Part shown: positions 54,492 to 64,000 of the stretch, in pieces
Position numbering within the stretch: the stretch's first letter is position 1
Layout: every line of letters starts with the position of its first letter
The notes under the pieces: model-generated
Seen by the model: the letters and a program-made list of their open reading frames with translations, nothing else
What the model was told of the DNA's origin: nothing
Database searches by the model: none
Source: Escherichia coli
GTDB taxonomy: Bacteria > Pseudomonadota > Gammaproteobacteria > Enterobacterales > Enterobacteriaceae
Assembly: GCF_024298765.1 (NCBI RefSeq)
Contig: NZ_CP101210.1
Length of the DNA: 64,000 nucleotides
Reading direction: 5' to 3' (one strand)
Made by a program: the position numbers and the translations under genes

Positions 54492-55757
54492 TTAATCGTT
54501 CAGCGCATCCTGCAAAATTTTCATTGCCGCATCGAATTGCGCATCCGGGATGGTCAGCGGATACAGGAAACGAATCACGTTGCCGTATGCGCCACAGGTC
54601 AGCAGAAGCAGCCCCTGCGCCAGCGCGCGTTGCTGGATTTTCTGTGCAATCGCCGCTGACGGCTCGCCCGTTTGCGGATCGTTAAACTCTGCCGCAATCA
54701 TAGACCCCAGACCGCGTACCGCCGCGATGGCCGGAACGCTTTCTTTGGCATCAATCAACGTGTTTGTCAGGCGCTGGCCCAGTTGATTCGCGCGTTCACA
54801 GAGTGATTCTTTGTCGATAATGTTGAGTACAGCGTGCGCGGCAGCCACCGCCAGCGGGTTACCGGCGTAGGTGCCGCCAAGCCCGCCCGGCGCGGGTGCG
54901 TCCATAATATTCGCGTTACCGACCACGCCCGAAAGCGGCATCCCGCCCGCGAGGCTTTTCGCCATCGTCATTAAGTCTGGCTTGTCAGCATAATGGTCCA
55001 TGGCAAACAATTTACCGGTACGCGCAAAACCGCTTTGCACTTCATCAGCAATCATCACAATACCGTGCTCGTCGCACAGGCGGCGAATGGCGGCAACCAG
55101 CTCTTTTGGCGCAACGTTGAAACCGCCTTCGCCCTGCACCGGTTCGAAAATAATCGCCGCCACCTGCTTCGCTTCAATGTCCGATTTAAACAAGCGTTCG
55201 ATGGCGTCGAGGGAGTCCTGCGTTGAAACGTCATGTAAATCTGACGGATAAGGTACGTGATATACCGAACCGGGGAACGGGCCGAAGCCGATTTTGTACG
55301 GCGCGACCTTTCCGGTCAGCGCCATGGTCATATATGTACGACCGTGGAAGCCGCCGCTAAACGCAATCACGCCAGGGCGTCCGGTATGGGCGCGGGCGAT
55401 TTTCACCGCGTTCTCCACCGCTTCCGCACCGGTGGTGAAGAACGCAGTTTTAGCCTGCCCGCTCACCGGGGCAAGGGCGTTGATTTTCTCCGCCAGGGTG
55501 ACGTAGCTTTCGTACGGCACAATCTGATACGCCGTGTGGGTAAACTGTTGCAATTGCTGCTCCACCGCCGCGACCAGATCAGGGTGGCGATGCCCGGTAT
55601 TCAGCACCGCAATGCCTGCGGCGAAATCGATGTATTCGTTGCCCTCTACGTCCTTCAGCATGGCGTTTTCTGCCGACTGGGCGAAGAAGTTACACATCAC
55701 GCCAACCCCGCGAGGGGTAGCAGAAAGACGACGCTGATGGAATTCATTGTTGCTCAT
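54492..55757 (-). CDS. puuE: 4-aminobutyrate aminotransferase (class III PLP enzyme)
   Basis: 421-aa ORF, MSNNEFHQRRLSATPRGVGVMCNFFA... Confidence 0.95.
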   Translation of the reverse strand: MSNNEFHQRRLSATPRGVGVMCNFFAQSAENAMLKDVEGNEYIDFAAGIAVLNTGHRHPDLVAAVEQQLQQFTHTAYQIVPYESYVTLAEKINALAPVSGQAKTAFFTTGAEAVENAVKIARAHTGRPGVIAFSGGFHGRTYMTMALTGKVAPYKIGFGPFPGSVYHVPYPSDLHDVSTQDSLDAIERLFKSDIEAKQVAAIIFEPVQGEGGFNVAPKELVAAIRRLCDEHGIVMIADEVQSGFARTGKLFAMDHYADKPDLMTMAKSLAGGMPLSGVVGNANIMDAPAPGGLGGTYAGNPLAVAAAHAVLNIIDKESLCERANQLGQRLTNTLIDAKESVPAIAAVRGLGSMIAAEFNDPQTGEPSAAIAQKIQQRALAQGLLLLTCGAYGNVIRFLYPLTIPDAQFDAAMKILQDALND

Positions 55758-55794
55758 GTTTCACACCTTTTGACTCTTCACTGTTAATCGGAAA

Positions 55795-57075
55795 TTAAAC
55801 GCCCAGACGATCGCGCAGGCTGTAATAAGCCGCGCCCATCGCGGTAAACGGAACGCGCAGCGTGCGCCCGCCGGGGAACGGGTAATGCGGCAGATTGGCG
55901 AAGGCGTCGAAACGCTCGGCGTCACCGCGCAGCAGTTCAGCAATCAAACGCCCGGCGAGGTGGGTACAGGTGACGCCGTGGCCGCTGTAGCCCTGCATGT
56001 AGTAGATGTTGGTATCGAGGCGACCAAACTGCGGCATGCGTGACAGGGTCAGCAGGAAGTTGCCCGTCCAGCGGTAATCAATTTTCACGCCCTTCAGTTG
56101 CGGGAAGGTTTTCAGCAGTTTCGGCACCACAAGGCGCTCAACATCGTCCGGGTCGCGTGCGCCGTAGACCACGCCGCCGCCGTACAGCAGGCGGTTATCG
56201 GCGGTAAGACGGTAGTAATCAAGCAGATAGTTACAGTCTTCCACACAGTAGTTTTTCGGGATCAGCGAACGGGCTAAATCTTCCGACAGCCGTTCGGTGG
56301 TGATCACCTGCGTGCCGCACGGCATGCTGCGTTTCGCTAGTTCCGGCTCTACTTTATCGCCCAGGTAGGCATTCCCGGCGACAATCACATACTTCGCCGT
56401 CACCTGACCATTGGCAGTCCGCACCACGGCTGGCGTGGTGTGCTGGATCTGCGTCACTGCGGAAAGCTCATGCACGCGCCCGCCGTTCAGGCGGATGGCA
56501 TCGGCTTCACCAATGGCGAGGTTTAGCGGGTGAATATGCCCACCGCTGTGATCCAGCAGCGCACCAGTGTAGCGATCGCTGGCGACCTCGCGGCGAATAG
56601 CGTTGGCGTCCAGCAGCTCCAGCTGTTTATTGCCGTAGCGTTCCCAGTTCTCTTTCTGCTCTTCGAGTGTGGCGAGCTGTTTATCATTCATCGCCACAAA
56701 CAGACCGCCGGGGCGATAGTCGCAGTCAATCTGATAACGTTTGATACGTTCGCGGATGATCTCGCCACCCTCGAACATCATGCTGCCGAGCATACGGGCG
56801 GTATCCATGCCGTAGCTTTTTTCGATCACGTCGATGTCGCGGCTGTAGGAGTTCACAAGCTGCCCGCCGTTGCGTCCGCTCGCGCCAAAGCCGATGCGTG
56901 AGGCTTCGAGAACCACCACGTCAAAGCCCGCTTCCGCCAGATGCAGCGCGGAGGAAAGCCCGGTATAGCCGCCGCCGACCACGCAAACGTCGCAGGAAAT
57001 CGACTCATTCAGCGTGTCGAATGGCGCGTATTTATTCGCACTGGCGGCGTAGTAACTGCTGGTGTGTTCGGTCAT
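55795..57075 (-). CDS. puuB: Gamma-glutamylputrescine oxidase (FAD-dependent)
   Basis: 426-aa ORF; FAD-binding motif VVGGGYTG. Confidence 0.95.
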   Translation of the reverse strand: MTEHTSSYYAASANKYAPFDTLNESISCDVCVVGGGYTGLSSALHLAEAGFDVVVLEASRIGFGASGRNGGQLVNSYSRDIDVIEKSYGMDTARMLGSMMFEGGEIIRERIKRYQIDCDYRPGGLFVAMNDKQLATLEEQKENWERYGNKQLELLDANAIRREVASDRYTGALLDHSGGHIHPLNLAIGEADAIRLNGGRVHELSAVTQIQHTTPAVVRTANGQVTAKYVIVAGNAYLGDKVEPELAKRSMPCGTQVITTERLSEDLARSLIPKNYCVEDCNYLLDYYRLTADNRLLYGGGVVYGARDPDDVERLVVPKLLKTFPQLKGVKIDYRWTGNFLLTLSRMPQFGRLDTNIYYMQGYSGHGVTCTHLAGRLIAELLRGDAERFDAFANLPHYPFPGGRTLRVPFTAMGAAYYSLRDRLGV

Positions 57076-57076
57076 T

Positions 57077-58564
57077 TCAGGCCTCCAGGCTTATCCAGAT
57101 GGTTTTCAGTTCGGTGAATTTTTCAAGGGCATGCAGGGATTTGTCGCGCCCGTTGCCGCTCTGCTTATAGCCGCCAAACGGCACGGTCATATCGCCGTCG
57201 TTGTAGTTATTGACGAAGACGGAGCCGGCTTTCAGGCGGCGACTCATGCGGTGCGCGCGGGAGAGGTCGCGCGTCCATACCGCCGCGCCAAGTCCGTACT
57301 GGCTGTCGTTGGCAAGCTGTAGCGCCTGTTCTTCTGATGTGAAACGCGTGACCACCAGCACCGGACCGAAAATCTCTTCGCGGCTTAAGGACGCATTCGG
57401 GTCTACCTCCACAAAGATGGTCGGGCCGATGGCGGCAGCCAGCTCGGCGTTACGGCCATCCAGCAGCAGTTGCCCTTTGCTTTCGCCTTCCCGAATAAAG
57501 CTATGGACCGAGTCGGCGTGGGCGCAGTCGATTAAGGTGCCCATGGTGGTTGCGGGATCAAGCGGATGGCCCGGCTGCCAGTTTTGCGCTTGCTGTTTTA
57601 ACAGGGCTAAGAATTCATCGGCGATGCTCTCTTCCAGCAACAGGCGCGTTCCGGCGATACACACCTGCCCCTGGTTGTAGAAAATGCCCGCAGCGGTCGC
57701 GCTCGCCGCTTTTTGCAAATCCGGACAGTCGGCGAAAACGATGTTGGCGCTTTTGCCGCCCGCTTCCAGCCAGACGCGTTTCATGTTGCTGTCGCCCGCG
57801 TCCTTCAGCAGCTGTTTCCCGGTGCGGGTTGAGCCAGTAAAGGCAATGGCATCGATATCGTTATGGCGCGAAAGCGCCTGCCCGGCTTCATGACCAAAAC
57901 CCGTCACCACGTTCAACACACCATCCGGCAGCCCCGCTTCTTTCGCCAGCCCCGCGAGACGAATCGCACTGAGCGGTGATTTTTCAGACGGTTTTAGAAT
58001 CACGCTGTTTCCCGCCGCCAGCGCCGGGCCGAGTTTCCAGCAAGTCAGCAGCAGCGGGAAGTTCCACGGCACGATGGCGGCAATCACGCCGACCGGTTCA
58101 CGCACGATCATCGCCAGCTCATGGCTACTGGTGGTCGCCACTTCGCCATACACTTTGTCGATCGCTTCGGCGTACCAGCGAATGGCGCGCGCCGCGCCGG
58201 GAATATCATCACGCAGGCTGTGACGAATCGGTTTACCGGTGTCGAGCGTTTCCAGCAGCGCCAGTTCTTCAGCGTTGGCTTCCATTAAATCGGCGAGTTT
58301 ATTCAGCACCGCTTTACGCTTAGCCGGAGAAGAGAGTGACCAGTCGCCACGTTCAAACACGCCGCGTGCTGCGCTCACCGCACGGTCAATATCGACGCTC
58401 TTGCCGCGGGCAATATTCGCCAGCGGTGCCTGGGTGACCGGATCAACGGTTTCAAAAGTTTCATTTTCCGCCGCAGCAGTATATTCACCGTTAATAAATA
58501 AGCGGGTTTCAATGGCGAGACTTAACGCTTTATCCTGCCAGTAAGCCAGATGATGAAAATTCAT
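57077..58564 (-). CDS. puuC: Gamma-glutamyl-gamma-aminobutyraldehyde dehydrogenase (ALDH family)
   Basis: ORF 57077..58660; start preferred at MNFHHLAYWQDKALSL (495 aa). Confidence 0.93.
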   Translation of the reverse strand: MNFHHLAYWQDKALSLAIETRLFINGEYTAAAENETFETVDPVTQAPLANIARGKSVDIDRAVSAARGVFERGDWSLSSPAKRKAVLNKLADLMEANAEELALLETLDTGKPIRHSLRDDIPGAARAIRWYAEAIDKVYGEVATTSSHELAMIVREPVGVIAAIVPWNFPLLLTCWKLGPALAAGNSVILKPSEKSPLSAIRLAGLAKEAGLPDGVLNVVTGFGHEAGQALSRHNDIDAIAFTGSTRTGKQLLKDAGDSNMKRVWLEAGGKSANIVFADCPDLQKAASATAAGIFYNQGQVCIAGTRLLLEESIADEFLALLKQQAQNWQPGHPLDPATTMGTLIDCAHADSVHSFIREGESKGQLLLDGRNAELAAAIGPTIFVEVDPNASLSREEIFGPVLVVTRFTSEEQALQLANDSQYGLGAAVWTRDLSRAHRMSRRLKAGSVFVNNYNDGDMTVPFGGYKQSGNGRDKSLHALEKFTELKTIWISLEA

Positions 58565-58713
58565 TATGACTCCTGTTTCACGTCTATCAGATATATGCAG
58601 TTTGTGAACGTCAGGGCGCAGAGATCCCCGGGCCGTATGCCCGTTTATTTCTGGCGACATTCTTTATAGATTGCCGGGCGCATTGCGCTTACCCGGCTTA
58701 CAGAACAAAAAGA

Positions 58714-59271
58714 TTAAAACGTGGTGGGCGTATGGGCGCTGATAATTCGGCAAATACCTGCCGACGTATTACTGAAACTGTGCGGGATGCCGGTATTAAT
58801 GGCATAACTTTGCCCCGCGACGAGATGATAATCCTGACCATTAATCGTCAGAACAATTTCACCTTCCAGTACAGTGCCTATTTCCTCACCCTGATGCTTA
58901 ATTCTTTCCCCAGTGGTTGTGCCCGGCTGGTAAGTTTCAAAGATCATCGCCAGCGTGCGATTCGGGTTACCGTTATGAACCAGCTTCATTGACACACCCT
59001 GACTGCCCATCTCAATTAAGTCGTCCTGATTAATGACGACCTGCGGCTCATCAGGTTTTTCCGGCTCGGAAAAGAATTCCGAGAGTGACAGACCATACAC
59101 CTTCAGCAGCTTTTGCAGCGTACTGATGGCAGGGCTGACTTTATCTTGTTCTATCGTACTGATAGCACTGTGAGTCAGCCCGGAGAGTTCGGCGGCACGA
59201 CGTTGTGAAAGCCCCTGCTGCTGGCGGATTTCCGACAAGCGTTTTCCTGGCGCCAGTCCCTCATCACTCAT
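58714..59271 (-). CDS. puuR: Repressor PuuR (XRE-type HTH plus cupin)
   Basis: 185-aa ORF; HTH region LSEIRQQQGLSQRRAAELSGLTHSAISTIEQ. Confidence 0.95.
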   Translation of the reverse strand: MSDEGLAPGKRLSEIRQQQGLSQRRAAELSGLTHSAISTIEQDKVSPAISTLQKLLKVYGLSLSEFFSEPEKPDEPQVVINQDDLIEMGSQGVSMKLVHNGNPNRTLAMIFETYQPGTTTGERIKHQGEEIGTVLEGEIVLTINGQDYHLVAGQSYAINTGIPHSFSNTSAGICRIISAHTPTTF

Positions 59272-59297
59272 ATTTGCATTTCCTTAAACTGTAGTGG

Positions 59298-60062
59298 TCA
59301 GAGTCGCTGTTTTTCAGCGATATGGTGCTGACAAGCGGTGATAAAGCCCTCGAACAATATACGCGAAAGCGCGTACTCGCTACTGTTCCATTCCGGGTGC
59401 CACTGTACGCCCAGCGCAAAAGGATGATTGATGACGCTAACCGCCTCAACTAAGCCATCCGGCGAGCGAGCTTCAACACGCAACCGTGGGCTAACGACCT
59501 TCGCCCCTTGTCCATGCAGAGAGTTTACCCAAAAGTTGCTACATTCAGGTAACAACGCAGACAGTAATCCCCCCTCTTCAACCTGAACTTCATGCGACGG
59601 CGCATATTGCTGCTCCACCGGCAGTTCGGGATCTTCCCGATGTTCCAGCAATTCAGGCTGTTCGCACAGCTTGCGATGCAACGAACCACCGGTTGCCACC
59701 ACCAGTTCCTGTAAACCCCGGCAGATGGCGAAAATGGGGATGCGCCTTTCGAGTGCGGCATTAATTAACGCCATGCTCAGAAGATCACGCCCAGGATCGG
59801 CGTCAGGCTCATCGCCGTTTTCACCATATAGGTGCGGCTGCACATTGCTGGGACTACCAGGAAGATAAATGCCATCGAGTTTCGGCAAAAGTTGTTCAAG
59901 TAATGACGGTTCCGCCAGCGCATGTGGCAGCGCAATTGGCAAGCCGCCTGCGTGGATGATGGCATTCAGGTACTTTTCTTGCAGAGTCTGGGTCGCATGA
60001 CCCTTAAGCCTGTTCCTGCACATTACGACACCGATAACCGGATTGTTCATTATATTTTCCAT
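59298..60062 (-). CDS. puuD: Gamma-glutamyl-GABA hydrolase (class I glutamine amidotransferase-like)
   Basis: ORF 59298..60074; start preferred at MENIMNNPVIGVV (254 aa). Confidence 0.93.
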   Translation of the reverse strand: MENIMNNPVIGVVMCRNRLKGHATQTLQEKYLNAIIHAGGLPIALPHALAEPSLLEQLLPKLDGIYLPGSPSNVQPHLYGENGDEPDADPGRDLLSMALINAALERRIPIFAICRGLQELVVATGGSLHRKLCEQPELLEHREDPELPVEQQYAPSHEVQVEEGGLLSALLPECSNFWVNSLHGQGAKVVSPRLRVEARSPDGLVEAVSVINHPFALGVQWHPEWNSSEYALSRILFEGFITACQHHIAEKQRL

Positions 60063-60273
60063 GCTCAATCTCACAAAGTGGACTAAATTATCGCCATTAC
60101 TGCGCTTTAAATGACCTTTATGTTCAATATTTTTTCAATCTAGCAGTGGGTTTTCATTTTTGCAAACTCAATTTAACATTTGACAAACATTTAGTTTGCA
60201 TACAGATTCGAATAGTGGTCATTATATTTTACGCTTTGATAACGAGCGGAAAACAAACCAAAGGCGAAGAATC

Positions 60274-61692
60274 ATGGAAACCAATATCGTTGAAGTAGAG
60301 AACTTTGTTCAGCAGTCAGAAGAGAGGCGGGGTAGCGCCTTTACGCAGGAAGTGAAACGCTACCTGGAGCGCTACCCGAATACGCAATATGTTGATGTTT
60401 TACTTACCGATTTGAATGGTTGCTTCCGTGGAAAACGTATTCCTGTTTCAAGCCTGAAGAAGCTCGAGAAAGGGTGTTATTTCCCGGCCTCGGTGTTTGC
60501 AATGGATATTCTGGGCAACGTAGTAGAAGAAGCGGGCCTGGGTCAGGAAATGGGCGAGCCGGATCGTACCTGTGTTCCTGTTCTCGGTTCCTTAACCCCT
60601 TCTGCCGCCGATCCAGAGTTTATCGGTCAGATGCTCCTGACCATGGTCGATGAAGATGGCGCTCCCTTTGACGTTGAGCCGCGGAACGTTCTTAACCGCC
60701 TGTGGCAGCAGCTGCGCCAGCGCGGATTGTTCCCGGTCGTAGCGGTAGAGCTGGAGTTCTATTTACTGGATCGCCAGCGCGACGCTGAAGGATATCTGCA
60801 ACCGCCCTGCGCGCCCGGCACCGATGACCGCAATACACAAAGCCAGGTTTACTCCGTTGATAACCTCAACCACTTCGCCGACGTGCTCAATGATATTGAT
60901 GAGCTGGCGCAGTTACAGCTGATTCCGGCAGATGGCGCGGTCGCCGAGGCCTCGCCAGGTCAGTTTGAAATCAATCTTTACCATACCGATAACGTGCTGG
61001 AAGCTTGCGATGATGCGCTGGCACTAAAACGCCTGGTGCGTCTGATGGCAGAAAAGCATAAGATGCACGCCACTTTTATGGCGAAGCCGTATGAAGAGCA
61101 CGCGGGCAGCGGGATGCATATCCATATCAGTATGCAAAATAATCGTGGCGAGAACGTGCTTTCTGACGCGGAAGGCGAAGATTCGCCGCTGCTGAAAAAG
61201 ATGCTCGCCGGGATGATTGACCTGATGCCGTCATCAATGGCGTTGCTGGCACCAAACGTGAACTCGTATCGCCGCTTCCAGCCGGGGATGTATGTACCGA
61301 CGCAGGCGTCGTGGGGCCATAACAACCGCACCGTCGCCCTGCGTATTCCCTGCGGCGATCGCCATAATCACCGCGTGGAATATCGCGTGGCGGGTGCCGA
61401 TGCCAACCCGTATCTGGTGATGGCGGCGATTTTTGCCGGTATTTTGCATGGCCTTGATAACGAACTGCCATTACAGGAAGAAGTCGAAGGTAACGGGCTG
61501 GAACAGGAAGGCTTACCCTTCCCGATTCGCCAGAGCGATGCCCTGGGTGAGTTTATCGAGAATGATCACCTGCGCCGCTATTTAGGCGAACGCTTCTGCC
61601 ATGTCTATCACGCCTGTAAAAATGATGAGCTGTTGCAGTTTGAGCGCCTCATCACAGAAACAGAAATTGAGTGGATGTTGAAAAACGCGTAA
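60274..61692 (+). CDS. puuA: Gamma-glutamylputrescine synthetase (glutamine synthetase family)
   Basis: ORF 60196..61692; start preferred at METNIVEVENFVQQ (472 aa). Confidence 0.95.
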   Translation: METNIVEVENFVQQSEERRGSAFTQEVKRYLERYPNTQYVDVLLTDLNGCFRGKRIPVSSLKKLEKGCYFPASVFAMDILGNVVEEAGLGQEMGEPDRTCVPVLGSLTPSAADPEFIGQMLLTMVDEDGAPFDVEPRNVLNRLWQQLRQRGLFPVVAVELEFYLLDRQRDAEGYLQPPCAPGTDDRNTQSQVYSVDNLNHFADVLNDIDELAQLQLIPADGAVAEASPGQFEINLYHTDNVLEACDDALALKRLVRLMAEKHKMHATFMAKPYEEHAGSGMHIHISMQNNRGENVLSDAEGEDSPLLKKMLAGMIDLMPSSMALLAPNVNSYRRFQPGMYVPTQASWGHNNRTVALRIPCGDRHNHRVEYRVAGADANPYLVMAAIFAGILHGLDNELPLQEEVEGNGLEQEGLPFPIRQSDALGEFIENDHLRRYLGERFCHVYHACKNDELLQFERLITETEIEWMLKNA

Positions 61693-61837
61693 TACCCCTT
61701 GCGGGGTTGTTTCATCGGCCTGAGCGGAGCCAGGCCTGACATTTGCTGGTAATCCAGACATTTCCCGGATGTCGCGTTATGGAGCGCAGGCGGCAACGGG
61801 CTTCCGTTAACGATTAAGACTGTGACGAGGAAATGAG

Positions 61838-62005
61838 ATGATGCCGATGATTAAATCCCCGCATGGCGAGGGAGGCTGCGTATGCGCCCCTCCTGCGACT
61901 GACTGGACTCCGCCCCCTCTGCTTCCCTTGCTAAACAGGTTTGATTTCAGGTCGACACGACCGCAAACCTTATTACGCAGGGGAGGCAGCAATTATGGCT
62001 ATTAA
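61838..62005 (+). CDS. Candidate 55-aa upstream ORF overlapping the puuP start
   Basis: ATG at 61838 with GAGG 7 nt upstream; [55 protein letters not shown]; stop at 62003..62005 overlaps the puuP ATG (61995) by 11 nt; no homology evidence. Confidence 0.25.
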
Positions 62006-63380
62006 TTCACCACTGAATATTGCTGCGCAACCTGGCAAAACCCGTCTGCGAAAATCACTGAAATTGTGGCAGGTGGTGATGATGGGTCTGGCCTATCTCA
62101 CGCCGATGACCGTATTTGATACTTTTGGTATTGTCTCCGGCATTAGCGACGGTCACGTTCCGGCGTCCTATTTGCTGGCGCTGGCGGGCGTGCTGTTTAC
62201 CGCTATCAGCTACGGCAAACTGGTTCGCCAGTTTCCGGAGGCCGGTTCGGCCTATACCTACGCGCAAAAGTCGATTAACCCGCACGTCGGATTTATGGTC
62301 GGCTGGTCATCGCTGCTGGATTATCTCTTTTTGCCGATGATCAACGTTTTGTTGGCGAAAATCTATCTCTCCGCCCTCTTCCCGGAAGTGCCGCCGTGGG
62401 TGTGGGTGGTAACCTTCGTTGCCATTTTAACCGCCGCGAATCTGAAGAGCGTCAACCTGGTCGCTAACTTCAATACCTTGTTTGTACTGGTGCAAATCTC
62501 CATCATGGTGGTGTTTATCTTCCTGGTTGTTCAGGGACTGCATAAAGGAGAAGGCGTTGGCACCGTCTGGTCACTTCAGCCGTTTATCAGCGAGAACGCG
62601 CACCTGATCCCAATTATTACCGGGGCGACGATTGTCTGTTTCTCCTTCCTCGGTTTCGATGCGGTGACCACGCTTTCGGAAGAGACGCCGGACGCCGCAC
62701 GCGTGATCCCGAAAGCCATCTTCCTGACGGCGGTATACGGCGGCGTTATCTTTATCGCTGCGTCGTTCTTTATGCAGCTGTTCTTTCCCGATATCAGCCG
62801 CTTTAAAGACCCGGACGCCGCACTGCCTGAAATTGCGCTATACGTCGGCGGCAAGCTCTTCCAGTCGATTTTCCTCTGTACCACGTTTGTGAACACGTTA
62901 GCGTCTGGCCTGGCGTCGCACGCCAGCGTGTCGCGTCTGCTGTATGTGATGGGGCGTGACAATGTGTTTCCGGAGCGCGTGTTTGGCTATGTGCACCCGA
63001 AATGGCGGACTCCGGCACTGAACGTCATTATGGTCGGGATTGTCGCGTTGTCAGCGCTGTTCTTTGATTTAGTCACCGCGACAGCATTGATTAACTTCGG
63101 TGCTCTGGTGGCATTTACCTTCGTAAATCTGTCGGTGTTTAATCATTTCTGGCGGCGTAAAGGAATGAATAAAAGCTGGAAGGATCACTTCCACTATTTG
63201 CTGATGCCGCTGGTTGGCGCGCTGACGGTGGGTGTGTTGTGGGTTAACCTCGAGTCAACGTCACTGACACTCGGTCTGGTATGGGCTTCGTTAGGCGGCG
63301 CATATTTGTGGTATCTGATCCGCCGCTATCGCAAAGTGCCGTTGTATGATGGTGACAGAACGCCGGTGAGCGAAACGTAA
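61995..63380 (+). CDS. puuP: Putrescine importer PuuP (APC superfamily)
   Basis: ORF 61941..63380; start preferred at [26 protein letters not shown] (461 aa). Confidence 0.94.
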
Positions 63381-63513
63381 TAGTCGGATGCGCGGCGCAT
63401 TATCCTGCCTGAGGGTAATGCACCGCGCCATTAACTATAAAAAGATGTATGACCCGGATCACGAGTGCTATCATCCGCCCTTATGCTTAGCGCATTAACC
63501 CCAGGGGCAAATA

Positions 63514-63759
63514 ATGAACCACGATATCCCGCTAAAATATTTTGATATTGCCGATGAGTACGCGACCGAATGCGCAGAGCCTGTCGCAGACGCTGAACGC
63601 ACACCGCTGGCCCTCTACTTCCAGTTACTGCTCACCCGTTTGATGAACAATGAAGAGATCAGCGAAGAAGCCCAACATGAAATGGCTGCTGAAGCGGGGA
63701 TTAATCCCGTACGCATTGATGAGATCGCAGAGTTTTTGAATCAATGGGGTAATGAGTAA
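63514..63759 (+). CDS. ymjA: Small acidic protein YmjA
   Basis: 81-aa ORF; synteny downstream of puuP. Confidence 0.85.
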   Translation: MNHDIPLKYFDIADEYATECAEPVADAERTPLALYFQLLLTRLMNNEEISEEAQHEMAAEAGINPVRIDEIAEFLNQWGNE

Positions 63760-63791
63760 TTATTTCATTGCAGACTCTCGGTCAGTATCGT

Positions 63792-63826
63792 TGTCCGGAT
63801 AAAGCGTTCACGCCGCATCCGGCTAA
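63792..63826. repeat. REP palindromic unit downstream of ymjA
   Basis: tgtccggataaagcgttcacgccgcatccggcta. Confidence 0.7.
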
Positions 63827-64000
63827 CAATGACACGCACTGCAGCGTGCCTCAATGGGTTTCTCACGATCGTACCGCTCTGCTCCTCGCTAAGTTGTTCT
63901 GTGAGTTATAGTTATAGAGAAATCACGGGTACGAATGTTGAACAGATGGCGACGTCATCTGTTCAACGACCAACCACACGGCCCTCATTACGACCCCTGA

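Noticed and set aside
60075-60273. Possible PuuR operator repeats in the puuD-puuA divergent region (for example atgttcaatatttttt)
   Set aside because: I could not align the sequence confidently to the PuuR box from memory, so no coordinates are claimed.
63923-64000. 25-codon open frame on the minus strand at the right window edge (possible 3' end of a gene)
   Set aside because: By K-12 synteny the next gene after ymjA is sapA on the plus strand, so nothing should end here on the minus strand; 25 stop-free codons is within chance expectation.

Overview
This window is a contiguous stretch of Escherichia coli chromosome, collinear with the K-12 ydbH-ldhA ... puuP-ymjA region but in reverse orientation. 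It is mostly well-characterised core genome and I found no CRISPR array or recognisable defence system. Identifications rest on reading the supplied ORF translations and DNA against remembered E. coli proteins, sRNAs and motifs; no database search was run, and all comparisons with K-12 are from memory. Core content: ydbH (partial), ldhA, hslJ, ydbJ, ydbK (pyruvate:flavodoxin oxidoreductase), sRNA micC, ompN, uspF, ttcA, dbpA, sRNA fnrS, zntB, dgcM, smrA, sRNA mcaS, ogt, fnr, uspE, ynaJ, ynaI, mppA, pgrR, ycjY, an intact ymjC/ymjD-type gene, mpaA, ycjG, tpx, tyrR, ycjF, ycjX, ycjW, ompG, the ycjMNOPQRSTUV sugar cluster, pspABCDE/pspF, puuE-B-C-R-D/puuA-P and ymjA. The main non-K-12 feature is a roughly 4.8 kb accessory segment between smrA and mcaS: an EmrAB-like efflux pair (HlyD-family membrane fusion protein plus 14-TMS-type MFS transporter) divergent from an AraC-family regulator gene. 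That regulator is split by a 1057-bp IS903-like element with intact inverted repeats and a perfect 9-bp target duplication. Other differences from K-12: no Rac prophage at the ttcA 5' end, no abgRABT genes between mcaS and ogt, no IS5 between ynaJ and ynaI, and intact ycjV and ymjC/D-type genes. Sequence-level observations worth follow-up are a 30-nt motif shared upstream of mppA and mpaA, a 17-nt repeat placed identically before the ycjM and ycjU start codons, and two small candidate ORFs (a proline-rich one between fnrS and dbpA, and one overlapping the puuP start).
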